Origin: Octopus sinensis
Lineage: Eukaryota
Reading direction: 5' to 3'
NCBI RefSeq assembly: GCF_006345805.1
Contig: NW_021836253.1
Span: 1-24,914 of the forward strand
Length of the DNA stretch: 24,914 bases
Numbering within the stretch: position 1 is the stretch's first letter; the number at the start of each line of letters is the position of its first letter. The notes below the pieces were generated by a model. The model saw nothing but the letters and a program-made list of their open reading frames with translations. It had not been told where the DNA came from and made no database searches. Shown in pieces: positions 9,446 to 20,290 of this stretch. The translations under genes and the position numbers were made by a program.

Positions 9446-10081
9446 TTGAGGGTGTATGTAAAAGCTTTCCTTCAACTCGAGGACCTGACACTCTCCTGCA
9501 TTACCAACGTAGCATTCTTTAAATACATGAAGCATTTGTCCGGGGTGAACAGACGGGAAACGACAGGCCTGAAAATGAAACTACGCCATCAAGAACTGGT
9601 GTGAAAGGACCCTGACTGTTGTGCGATTGAAACATGAGACCCCTCAGCACACACTGCGATATTATGCAGCAATCGCCGAACAACATCATGAACAATGGCT
9701 TCTCTGAGGTCCATGGCCCTCGGTCATGAATGAGTGTAGAAATACTCAATCGCATAGATTACAACTTCATATACCAAGGTGAGACATGGAAATTGGTTAA
9801 TTATCGCCGGACACAGTTATAATAATAGAGAGAAAATGCTGGAAAAATATTGGAGGTTTATTTAGATATTCGCTATCGTTAAGTGCAAAATGATAGATAA
9901 ATTTACGAACAGTTTCGTATGCTTGATAGATTGCCTAAGGTCTTCGGGGGCAGTCAACAAGAGACATTAACCAGGATGTTTATCCTTAAACACAAGCAGT
10001 CATTGTTAAGTGAATAACTGCGTTATCGTAAGAATGTACTCGAACGTGTAACCATCAATAACAAGCTTTCATTACACCTAC

Positions 10082-10386
10082 ATCATAAGCGGTAAGTGTA
10101 AACTCTCGAAAGAGCTGTTCTTCACTCCTGCTCCAGAGCGTCGGCTGCGGGGTCACTCCGAAAAGCTCTATCTGCGACGATTTCCCCTCAATCGAAGGAG
10201 AGGGGCTTTCTCCGTCCGGATTGCGGATCCGTGGAATAAGCTGCCGGACGAGATAGTGAAGATGCCGACGACCGCTCGGTTCAAAGACTCTCTTGACCAG
10301 AAATGACTTGAACTCTTTGCATGAACACCTTCCCTGTACATAACTCCATGTCCCCCTACATGGCCTTAAACTTAAACTAAACTTAA
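10082..10386 (+). mobile_element. 5'-truncated CR1-clade LINE 3' end with UTR hairpin and (TAAAC)n-like tail
   Basis: IISGKCKLSKELFFTPAPERRLRGHSEKLYLRRFPLNRRRGAFSVRIADPWNKLPDEIVKMPTTARFKDSLDQK*LELFA* shows the CR1 signature LRGH..KL...R..FS.R....WN.LP..V......FK..LD. Confidence 0.92.
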
Positions 10387-10926
10387 TTCGTATACTGTTG
10401 CATAAAAATACATACTATAAAGGTCGTAAAAGCTCCATCCCCAGAATGATCTGAAATTATTTAGGGTGAGATGTGGAATTCAAAGAAACAATACAATTAT
10501 GATGTAATCTGCTTAAACTGACCCACGGACTGAGTGCTGAACGAAAGTCTCTCCCAAGACATGATTCACCAGTGAAAAAGCTCCTCGTAGTTGTTGCAAA
10601 ACTACCGAACGAAGAATCACATGGAAAAGTTTTGATAGACAGTTATCGGTACAGAAAAAGTTAGGTTATATAGAAAATCCTTCATCAACCTTTTCAATAG
10701 AACAATGAAGGCCGAACTGAATAGGCTAAAAACAAAGTAGCTAGAAAGATGAGAAACATGTGGCCAAAAAGCTACATGCCTGTGGTAGGTTTCAATGTGA
10801 TTTTGTAAGTCGCACACAGGTTCCATAAATGTATTCCTCCAGAGCAACTGCAAAACACAAAGGCAATGATTGTTGAGCCGACGGAAGAAAAGAAAGGAGC
10901 TTGGGGTTGTGGGAAGCAGGTCCTCA

Positions 10927-11296
<370 letters not shown>

Positions 11297-11495
11297 TAAA
11301 ATTTGCAAACAAACTTGTCGGTGCAAGAGTTGCCAGTTGAAAGTTCCTCACACCGGACACTAACAAGCTTATGGGGTCATCAGGATAGAATGTGCGCTGA
11401 CTGCGCAACGCCCCTCCCCTCCCTGAAATAATGCCCCACTTGCTGGATCAACTGGTCACTAAGTTTCGCTCAATATTCTTCTAGCCATTGCTCAC

Positions 11496-11586
11496 CGTCT
11501 CTTTTTAACCAAACCCTGTGGTTCTCCTTCTCCGCTCGAGTCCGACCTATCTGCCATAAGGATATTTGCTTTACTATGAGTTAGGC
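11496..11586 (-). CDS. Candidate 91-nt exon (possible start exon MADRSDSSGEGEPQGLVKKR), product unknown
   Basis: Acceptor gttgttgttgctAG, donor ACG|GTGAGC, open frame with ATG at 11557 and a natural-looking composition. No homology recognised. Confidence 0.3.
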
Positions 11587-12409
11587 CTAGCAACAACAAC
11601 AACAATTGCCTCTCACTGTTTCCAAGGGTTCCTTTAAATCCAACTTGGATTGCATGGTGTTCTACTCTCCAAGACATTATTGTTTTCACAAAGAATAATG
11701 TCACTTTTTGTTATACCTTCCACAAGTGAAGAAATTTTAAAAGCCGTCACCACTCCTCTCCGAAGACCCTGTTCGAACCTTCGATTATCCAAACTGCTCA
11801 CAGCAACCAAAGTGGTGAAAGGAGATACCACTGTTTACACTATTCAATTTATTGATACTATCGTTTACAAATATAATAATACAAAGCATATTTTTTTTAA
11901 TTATATATTTTCGTCTATTTATCTATCCGTAGATTATTCCAAGTATATTCTTAGTATTTTTGGAAAAGTTGGTTGTTTAGGTGAAAGAGTTGGCCATTTT
12001 ACCGACATTAACCTCGTTATCAAAGTTGTTCAACTAATCTCTGAAATGGCTTGAAAAACAATAACGTTCTTCTGCTTGTTTTCAGTTGTTCAACATTAAA
12101 CGCTAACTTTCGATATGTTTGCCAGGCTAACCCATCTCCGGATCACTTTAATCCATCGAAATAATTATCCCAATAATCTCGGTTTCTCTTACAAAAGCCC
12201 TTATATTTTCTCCCACCATAAGACTATCTGTTGTGGCATTACGGCAAATCTAACTTCTTAACGTCCATATAATTTATCGTTTGCCGTATTTCGTATCTGA
12301 ACTTTAAAGCATCATTAACACAGCGAATAAACAACTCCGAAGTAGCTTGCAAGGAAGACACTTTGAAGTTAGCTTTGATAATAGCGGCCATAATAGTCTT
12401 TTACACAAA

Positions 12410-12820
12410 CCTTTTTCTTCTACCTTTTTCCTCCTTTCTTTTCTTTATTTCTTTTCTTCTTCTTTTTTTTCTTCTTATTTCTTTCTTCTGCTACATATTT
12501 ATTCCCCTCTCTCTTCCTCTCTTACCTTCTCTTTCAACCGTTTCTTTCTATATTTTCCTTTAATCTCTATTTTTTTCTTTTCTCCATTCATCTTTCTTTC
12601 CTTCCTTTCTTCTCGTCCGCCCTCTTCACTTTCTTGATTTCGTGTATTTGCTGTTGTTATTGTTATTGTAGTGTTTACTAAAAGTAGCAGTAGCAGTAAT
12701 AGTTATTGTTGTTATTGTTGTTCTTGTGGCGGTGGCGGTGTTCTTGTTCTTGTTCTTGTTCTTGTTGTTCTTGCTGTTATCGTTTTTGTTGTTTCTCTTT
12801 TGGCAGTTTTTATTATTATG
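12410..12820. repeat. CT-rich low-complexity tract followed by (GTT)/(GTA)/(TTCTTG) triplet-like repeats
   Basis: Directly visible. Confidence 0.85.
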
Positions 12821-13526
12821 TACAATCGCCGTGGAAATTACATTGAACGGAAAATCACAGACAAGAAACACACAGATGAGGGGTGATGGCCATTTATGGA
12901 ATACCGAGCTGCCTTGAGAATTTCTAATCTGTTCGGCAACTTAAACTGTTTCAGACTTTTATCGATGTTGCCTTTGATCTCTGATTGGATTTTTCCCCGC
13001 CATTTATTCTCTAGCTTCAAAATGTCTGTTTAGCGGCCGCCCTGATATTCTTCACACATTTCTCTACGAAAAGTGGTTTGTTTCGCGTCAACTTTATCTC
13101 TTAGGCAAATCTATCTAACTTCTGATAACCCTGAATTCTCCACTCAGAACAAATGGGTGAGTCACCCGTTCAAAAAGGACCTCAGGTTTAAGTGTTTGAG
13201 TTATCCTTTCATTACAGAATTAAATTCGAATATTGAGTCTTTCCCACAATATATACATACATACATACATACATGAATACATGCATACATACATATATCT
13301 GTAAATTTCAACTATATATATATATCTACATATGTATGTATTTATATGTATATTCCTCTTATTGTGGTTATGGAGCACTATTTTAAAGAAAGGGGTACAG
13401 TCGGATAAGGGGGAATATTTAATTATTTAATAAAAGGTGTAAAGCTGATGAAAGGTGTATAGTTAATTAAAGGATTGGAATCGTTTAAATAAGCTCGGTA
13501 TTTTTTGTGCACCCCGTCGGTCGATA

Positions 13527-13724
13527 ATTTTTTTTTCCTACTCTAGGCACAAGGCCTGAAATTTTGGGGGAGAGGACCAGTCGATTAGATCGACCCCAGT
13601 ACGCAACTGATGCTTAATTTATCGATATTGAAAGGATGGAAGTCAAAGTCGACCTCGGCGGAATTTGAACTCAGAACGTAAAGACAGATGAAATACCGCT
13701 AACGATTCTGCTAGGTTGCCGCCT
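13527..13724 (-). mobile_element. SINE family A copy with internal deletion in the head
   Basis: Contains GGAATTTGAACTC (B-box on the minus strand) and the AAGTCGACCTCGGC core. It lacks about 20 nt between two GCTAA motifs relative to 14830-14860. Confidence 0.88.
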
Positions 13725-13879
13725 CGTCGGTCAAAAATATATGCCATTGATAGCAGATGGAAGTTACCATTTACACAGAGTTTAATGTACTATTATCATA
13801 CTCTATACAAAGTACCGTTAATACACCGCAAACCGCATTCAATGTAACATTTTTATACAAAATAATTCTATACATAGGA

Positions 13880-14108
13880 GCAGATGAGGCTGTGTGGTAA
13901 TAAGCCTGCGTCCCAAACACATGGCTCCGAGTTCAGTCCCACAGCTTGGAAACTTGAGCAATTGTCTCCTGCTATTGCCTTGGCCCGTCAAAAGACTTGA
14001 GAGTGAGTTTGGTAGACGTACACTACAAGAAGCCCATCGTGCGCGCGCGTGTAGTGTTTCTGTGTGTGAGTGTGTGTGTGTTTGTGTGTGTGTGTTTGTG
14101 TGTGTGTT

Positions 14109-14140
<32 letters not shown>
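13880..14140 (+). mobile_element. SINE family B, diverged 5' half ending in (TG)n
   Basis: GGCTGTGTGGTAATAAG...GAGTTCAGTCCCAC...TTGGTAGACG...AAGAAGCCCATCGT matches 19357-19508. Confidence 0.8.
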
Positions 14141-14141
<1 letters not shown>

Positions 14142-14381
14142 TCAAATATGAAACCTTCACCACGTTAAATCGCAACCTAACGGCAAATACATAAGCATAT
14201 ACGTTAAGTATATGCGGCTGATAATATAGGTATACATCTGTTGTTCGGGGTCACTTTCGGTGGTCCTCGTGCCACAGGATATGCTTATTTCGTATCGGTC
14301 TGGTCAGCCTCACCCGCTTCCATGAGGGACAATATGATGGGGACGGGGGAGGATGACAGTCTTTGATCGATGCTGCCCATC

Positions 14382-14443
14382 ACCTTTGATGGATGGTCAT
14401 AAGCAAATAAATGCTTATTTGCTTATGACGATCCATCAGAGGT
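14382..14443. other. 29-bp near-perfect inverted repeat (hairpin) with 4-nt loop
   Basis: Arms ACCTTTGATGGATGGTCATAAGCAAATAA and TTATTTGCTTATGACGATCCATCAGAGGT, loop ATGC. 27 of 29 positions are Watson-Crick, with one G.U and one G-G. Confidence 0.95.
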
Positions 14444-14647
14444 ATCATGCCTACCACTCCGCGGCGCCTAGCTCGGAAAATATTGAGTTCTAACAGAATT
14501 CGACCCGCGTATTTAGCTGGTATTTATGTTGCATAGGTGAATGTTCAGTTTATTGAATTGTATTCGGTATATTACTGGTACTTCTCTTCTCGACCCTGAA
14601 ACGAGGAAAAGCAAAATCTATCTTTTGATGGGATTTGAGATCCATAA

Positions 14648-14881
14648 CCTATTTCTTTACTACCTACAAGGGGCTAAACACAGAGGGGACAAACAAGGAC
14701 AGACAATCAGATTAAGCCGATTACATCGACCCCAGTGTGTAACTGGTACTTAATTTATCGACCCCGAAAGGATGAAAGCAAAGTCGACCTCGGCGGAATT
14801 TGAACTCAGAACGTAACGGCAGACGAAATACGGCTAAGCATTTCGCCCAGCGTGCTAACGTTTCTGCCAGCTCGCCACCTT
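14648..14881 (-). mobile_element. SINE family A, near full-length (tRNA-derived)
   Basis: Minus strand: AGGTGGCGAGCTGGCAGAA head, B-box GAGTTCAAATTCC (14795-14807), core GAGGTCGACTTTGCTTTCATCCTTTCGGGGTCGATAAATTAAGTACCAG, tail ...GTTTAGCCCCTTGTAGGTAGTAAAGAAATAGGT. Confidence 0.9.
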
Positions 14882-14940
14882 CATAACCAATGACTCCAAG
14901 TCATCTTGTTGGACTCTCGATAGATAATGCCATTTCTTAT

Positions 14941-15043
14941 TACTTCTTATTACTATTACTCTATGAGTAATACTTCTTATTACTATTACTCTATGAGTAA
15001 TACTTATTACTATTACTTATTACTATTACTATTACTCTATGAG
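14941..15043. repeat. 30-nt minisatellite (TACTTCTTATTACTATTACTCTATGAGTAA) x2 plus a variant third unit
   Basis: 14941-14970 and 14971-15000 are identical. Confidence 0.95.
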
Positions 15044-15299
15044 TTTATTAGAAACAAGATTATCAACCATTAAAAAAACAAAAGCAAATGGAGACGATGT
15101 GCTAACAAAGTCGTTAATACATCGGATCAAGTGATTAGCGACATATCTTCTGGTGTTACGTTTTGAGTACAAACCCCATCAAGGGCAACATTATCATTCG
15201 GATTTGATGAAACAAAATACTAATCGATAACTGGGTTCGATCCGTCTCCTTCCCATCAATACGACGGACAAAATAATTATTGGAGATTTTTTTTTTTCG

Positions 15300-15455
15300 A
15301 CTTTTTACATTCTGATTTCAAATCCTGATGAGGCCACTTCTGTCCTTTATTCTTTCGGAGCTGATGACATGAAGTACCAGTCAAGTTCCAGGGCCGATGT
15401 AATCGACTTCCTCCTCCCCACAAAATTGCTGGCCTTGTGCCAAAATTTGCAACAA
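15300..15455 (+). mobile_element. SINE family A, diverged 3' portion
   Basis: GATTTCAAATCC...TCTTTCGGAGCTGATGACATGAAGTACCAG...GATGTAATCGACTT...GCTGGCCTTGTGCCAAAATTTG. Confidence 0.75.
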
Positions 15456-15822
15456 TTAGGGTGGGGAAGCAACCGACAAAAACAGTGGTGGAGGACAGTG
15501 GTTAGAGAACTTGTTAAAATGGTGAAGAGTGACAGACAGTGTTCGGTGATAGGTGTCTGTTCGAACTTGGCAAACTAGGGGCTAAACAACAAACGCAAAA
15601 ATAAATTCGAAAGAAAATATTAAACCTTTAAAACAACTGAGTGGAGGGAAAACGGTAAAAATAATGAAGAGTAACAGAAGGAGAAGAGGAAAACTATGTG
15701 GGTAAGAGGATGGGGGTGATGAAATGAACCAGGAGTCTGGGTGTGGATAATGTTTGTAGTAGTGAATGGAATAAGCAATATATGGCCATGAAGATGTGTT
15801 GCCATAGTGCTTTGGACTAAAT

Positions 15823-15823
15823 G

Positions 15824-15900
<77 letters not shown>

Positions 15901-15967
15901 TAATAATAATTATAATATAATAATAATGATGATGATGATGATGATGATGAAGATGATGATGATGATA

Positions 15968-16002
<35 letters not shown>

Positions 16003-16107
16003 AATTATAATAATAATAATAATAATAACAATAAAATAATAATAATAATAATAATAATGAGGATGATGATGAGAATGAGGATGATGATGATGATGATGAT
16101 GATGATA
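15823..16107. repeat. Compound (TAC)n(AAT)n(GAT)n microsatellite
   Basis: Directly visible. Confidence 0.95.
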
Positions 16108-18007
16108 ACACACTCTCAGACACACTCACAAATATTAAATAACTATTTTATAAATCCTTTAGATTAACTCTGATGAGAGAAATAGAGATGATTGTTATGG
16201 TTGGAATTAACTCGCCCATACATTTTATACCTCCTCGAAACGGCCGTCAGGCTTTGCACCAGCTGAAGATTCCTTTTAAAAATCATGTTATACCAACTTT
16301 CTCATCTATTTGGATTACCGCTATACATTCACCATCAGCATATTCTAATATTCTCATTGATTTTAATACGGACGAACAACCTCGCAAGTACATTTATGTA
16401 TTTTTATATATTTTTGTCTTTATAATTTTTTATATTATATCTTGTGTATATGAAAGTGCCTATGTATGGTGTGGAGTATTCGGACACTTTGAAATATATT
16501 GAGTGAATATGAACACTGAGTTTGAAATTTGTTCTCTCTTTCTAATTTAATTAGAGGATATATTCACTTCGTGAAGGGATGGTTTCATCCAAGGAAATAC
16601 AAGTATTTTAAGGAATGAATTTCCTTAAAACAATAGGTATATATATAAATCATATAGTTTATCCAAATGAGTATGCCCTGCAACTATTCCTTCCATAATC
16701 TAGGTCTAGAGCTGTGTGATTCAGGATTAAATTTAAATCTGAACATTGCAGCATTCGGCACCGACACCATGGGTTCCGGGGTACAGTTATCTGCTCCTCC
16801 ACTGGACCATATATTAGGTGCCTCTTTAGGTTAGAATAAATGAGATTACTGAGGGGGTGCCATTCCGGAAGGTTATGTTATTAAGATAAGACTGATCTTT
16901 CTGCAGCCAGACAACGAAATCTAAGTTGTTTATAACCTGACCAAAATCGAATGACCTAACCCCTTCAGGGGTTTTGAAATATTTCTCGGTATTTATTGAA
17001 TTGGTGGATGATTGGGACGGTTTGCAAGGGACACATGTTGGGACTTGGAATGCAACACATCAGATATCGTAGTTCTTATGTACCCCGTCAGATCTATTTG
17101 AGCGAGTCGATGATTAAAGACGTTCTCACCGTTACCAGCCTGTATATAAGGAAGAAGGTTGGGGTTTTAGAATGGTCTAGTCATTATTTCTAGCTGTTCC
17201 AATGAGCGCGTAGAAATTATTTCGTTGTTGTTGATATTGAGGATGATAGTGATGAAAACGTTGAGATATTGTACTTTTCATTATATCAAGATATCTACTC
17301 AAGTTTTATATAAAAATTGTTAGAAATATCAATTTAAGAAAGAATGGACGAAATGCAGCATTATCGGGAATCGAACTACCACCTCACAGCTTTACAGGTG
17401 ACTGTTTATTCAACGAAATAAATACCAGTGATTCCTGCTTCACAAATTCGACATCATAAATCTTTATTTTTTTCCTGCTATTTTATCTCCCCAAATTGGT
17501 CAGTTACTTAACCCCAGGAGGACAGGTATTCCGTTATTACACATCACAGTGAGATGTTTATAATACAATCAACATATCAGAGAAAAAAAGATTTTGGAAG
17601 AGAGAATGCTGGGTAATCTATAGTGTAACCGGAGGCGTTGTCACTCGGCAAACAAGAGATGCAGGGTTCAAATCCCATCAATAGGCATGTTGTACTTCTC
17701 TTATTTAATTTGGTGCTTACATTGACTATTATGTCTAATACTATCTACATTTAACTCAAACTACTATGTGGTATTCTGCGATGTATTCTACAGCGAAATA
17801 TCACGTGAGAAACTGAAGAAAAATGTTGAAATTTGGTTCCAGTATTTTCATTATTGAATATGGCGGAAAATGGTTGACATTATTCCAATATTTCTCAATA
17901 ATTTATTCTACATTTTATCTTTGCCACAGAATAAAATTCTTTCTCCTACAACCCAGCGCAGGTCAGCATCACGACAGATTTTCCTCTGTTCTTTATATCG
18001 AACACAT

Positions 18008-18264
18008 TCTTTTACTTCTTTCAGTCATTTGACTGCGGCCATGCTGGGGTACCGCCTTTAGTTGAGCAAATCGACCCCGGGACTTATTCTTTGTAAGCTT
18101 AGTACTTATTCGATCCGTCTCTTTTGCCGAAACGCAAAGTTACGGGCACATAAACACACCAACATCGGTTGTCAAGCGATAGTAGTGGGGCAAAACACTT
18201 ACGCACAAATACATATATACATGCATATATATATGTGTGTATGTATGTGTATATATATTTATAT

Positions 18265-18304
<40 letters not shown>

Positions 18305-18445
18305 CGACGGGCTTCTTTCAGTTTCCGTCTACCAAGAAGTGTCTTCTACTATAGCCCAAAGCTATAGTAGAAGACACTTGGCCAAGGTACCACGCAGTGG
18401 GACTGAACCCGGAACCATGTGGTTGGTAAGCAAGCTATTTACCAC
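18008..18445 (-). mobile_element. SINE family B, near full-length, with internal (TA)n slot and an internal inversion
   Basis: Reverse complement of the 19354-19750 copy. The head is cut at 18445. Confidence 0.92.
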
Positions 18446-18447
18446 GT

Positions 18448-18828
18448 GGAGGCGCAATGGCCCAGTGGTTAGGGAGCGGACTCGCGGTCATAGGAACATG
18501 GTATCGATTCCCAGACCGGGCGTTGTAAGTGTTTATTGAGCGAAAACACCTAAAGCTCCACGAGGCTCCGGCAGGGGATGTTGGTGATCCCTGCTGTACT
18601 CTTTCACCACAACTTTCTCTCACTCTTACTTCCTGTTTCTGTTGTACCTGTATTTCAAAGGACCGGCCTTGTCACTCTCTGTGTCACGCTGAATATCCCC
18701 AAGAACTACGTTAAGGGTACACGTGTCTGTGGAGTGCTCAGCCACTTACACGTTAATTTCACGAGCAGGCTGTTCCGTTGATTCGAATCAACCGGAGCCC
18801 TCATCGTCGGAACCGACAAAGTGCTTCC
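18448..18828 (+). mobile_element. SINE family C (tRNA-derived, about 380 nt)
   Basis: A-box TGGCCCAGTGG (18458-18468) and B-box-like GGTATCGATTCCC (18500-18512), followed by a non-tRNA body. Single copy in this window. Three tRNA-derived SINE families (OK, OR1, OR2) are described from octopus, but I cannot assign A, B and C to those names. Confidence 0.7.
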
Positions 18829-19353
18829 CATTTATCACGCAAATCAATGCAGTGGGATCCCTTAAGTACATAACCGAAGTATACATACGACCCTTTAGAT
18901 CCCTGGGCCACCCGGGCATCTACCCAGTATTTCATGCTTTAAAAGGGCTTTAGTATATTCTTCCTTCATTGCTAATGATCATATATTTTCCAGTCTAATC
19001 TGGTAAGGAAATAAGGACTGGAGACGCCTTCGTTAGTTTGATGCTTTTCCTTCGTGTCTGTCTGTAAAACTTCTTTTAATTCTAGGACAGGAATGGTGCT
19101 TGCGTCAGAGATACACAAACAGTATGCTCCAGAAGCAACAGAACTTGGAGAACTTTGAACTAATTCGAGAAGTTTAAATCTCTTGATGTACGGGTTCATA
19201 TGGCATGTCTTCAACGTTGCCTTAAAAAACTGAGAATATTCAATCTTGGGACTTTTATACGAGAAAGAATGTAAAAACTGAAAGGATTGGAGAGTTTCAC
19301 AAGATCACTTGTATGTTGTTTTTTATTGCAGCCACGGGGATTTTAGAAATCAT

Positions 19354-19750
19354 AGTGGCTGTGTGGTAAGTAGCTTGCTAACCTACCACATGGTTGCGGG
19401 TTCAGTCCCACTGCGTGGCATCTTGGGCAGGTGTCTTCTGCTATAGCCCCGGGCCGATCAATGCCTTGTGAGTGGATTTGGTAGACGGAAACTGAAAGAA
19501 GCCTGTCGTATATATGTATATATGTATATATATATGTGTGTGTGTTTGTGTTTGTCCCCCTAGCATTGCTTGACAACCGATGCTGGTGTGTTTACGTCGC
19601 CGTCACTTAGCGGTTCGGCAAAAGAGACCGATAGAATAAGTACTGGGCTTACAAAGAATAAGTCCCGGGGTCGATTTGCTCGACTAAAGGCGGTGCTCCA
19701 GCATGACTGCAGTCAAATGACTGAAACAAGTAAAAGAGTAAAAAGAGAGA
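19354..19750 (+). mobile_element. SINE family B, full-length (tRNA head, CORE-like segment, microsatellite slot, body, LINE-like tail)
   Basis: A-box-like TGGCTGTGTGG, B-box-like GGTTCAGTCCC, CORE-like CATCTTGGGCAGGTGTCTT, internal (TA)/(TG), tail GGCGGTGCTCCAGCATGACTGCAGTCAAATGACTGAAACAAGTAAAAGAG. Confidence 0.92.
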
Positions 19751-19989
19751 GTATTATTCTTGATAGACATGAAACTGCAACGCTACTGCAGCGGTAGAGA
19801 TATAGCAACTTTTATTTAAGAGTTTTTCAGCACAAGTGTGTTGTAAAAACCCAGATCTCGAAAAACAAGTGAGAAAAAAGGTGACGTTAAACAAACGTTG
19901 AAGATGAATCTGTCACGACCCTCGTTTAGATCATGGAGATGAATGTTTCCTGAATTTAGTGAGACAAGGAATGTTTAAAGCGAAATTAC

Positions 19990-20249
19990 TGTTGTTGTTG
20001 TTGTTATTGTTACTGCTGCTGCTGCTGTTGTTGTTGTTGTTGTTGTTACTGCTGCTGCTGTAACAACATACCTATGTCTGTCCATGTTTGTCCTCTCTAT
20101 GTTTAGCCCCTTGTGGGTAATAAAGAAATAGGTATTGTTGAAAATCGTTGACGTTGTGGTGGTGGTGGTGGTGGTGGTGGTGGTGGTGGTGGTGGTGGTG
20201 GTGGTGGTGGTGGTGGTGGTGGTGGTGTTGCTGCTGGTGCTGTTGTTGG

Positions 20250-20286
<37 letters not shown>

Positions 20287-20290
20287 AAGC
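19990..20290. repeat. Compound (GTT)n(GCT)n(GGT)n microsatellite interrupted by a SINE A tail fragment (20077-20136)
   Basis: Directly visible. 20077-20136 matches the reverse complement of 14648-14705. Confidence 0.9.

Noticed and set aside
12000-12392. Minus-strand frame MAAIIKANFKVSSLQATSELFIRCVNDALKF... continuing through three stops
   Set aside because: No recognisable domain or TE motif, and compatible with chance in AT-rich DNA.
13392-13515. Possible MITE with GGGGTACA...TGCACCCC ends
   Set aside because: Only 7 of 8 terminal bases match, there is no clear target-site duplication, and it is single-copy here.
15325-15345. CTGATGAG motif suggesting a second hammerhead
   Set aside because: It lies in a diverged SINE A core and has no downstream helix II-GAAA-NUH arrangement.
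17355-17690. B-box-like motifs (GGGAATCGAACT at about 17368; GGTTCAAATCCC at about 17664; also GTTCGAACC near 24064) as tRNA genes
   Set aside because: No cloverleaf can be folded. They are at best eroded SINE heads.
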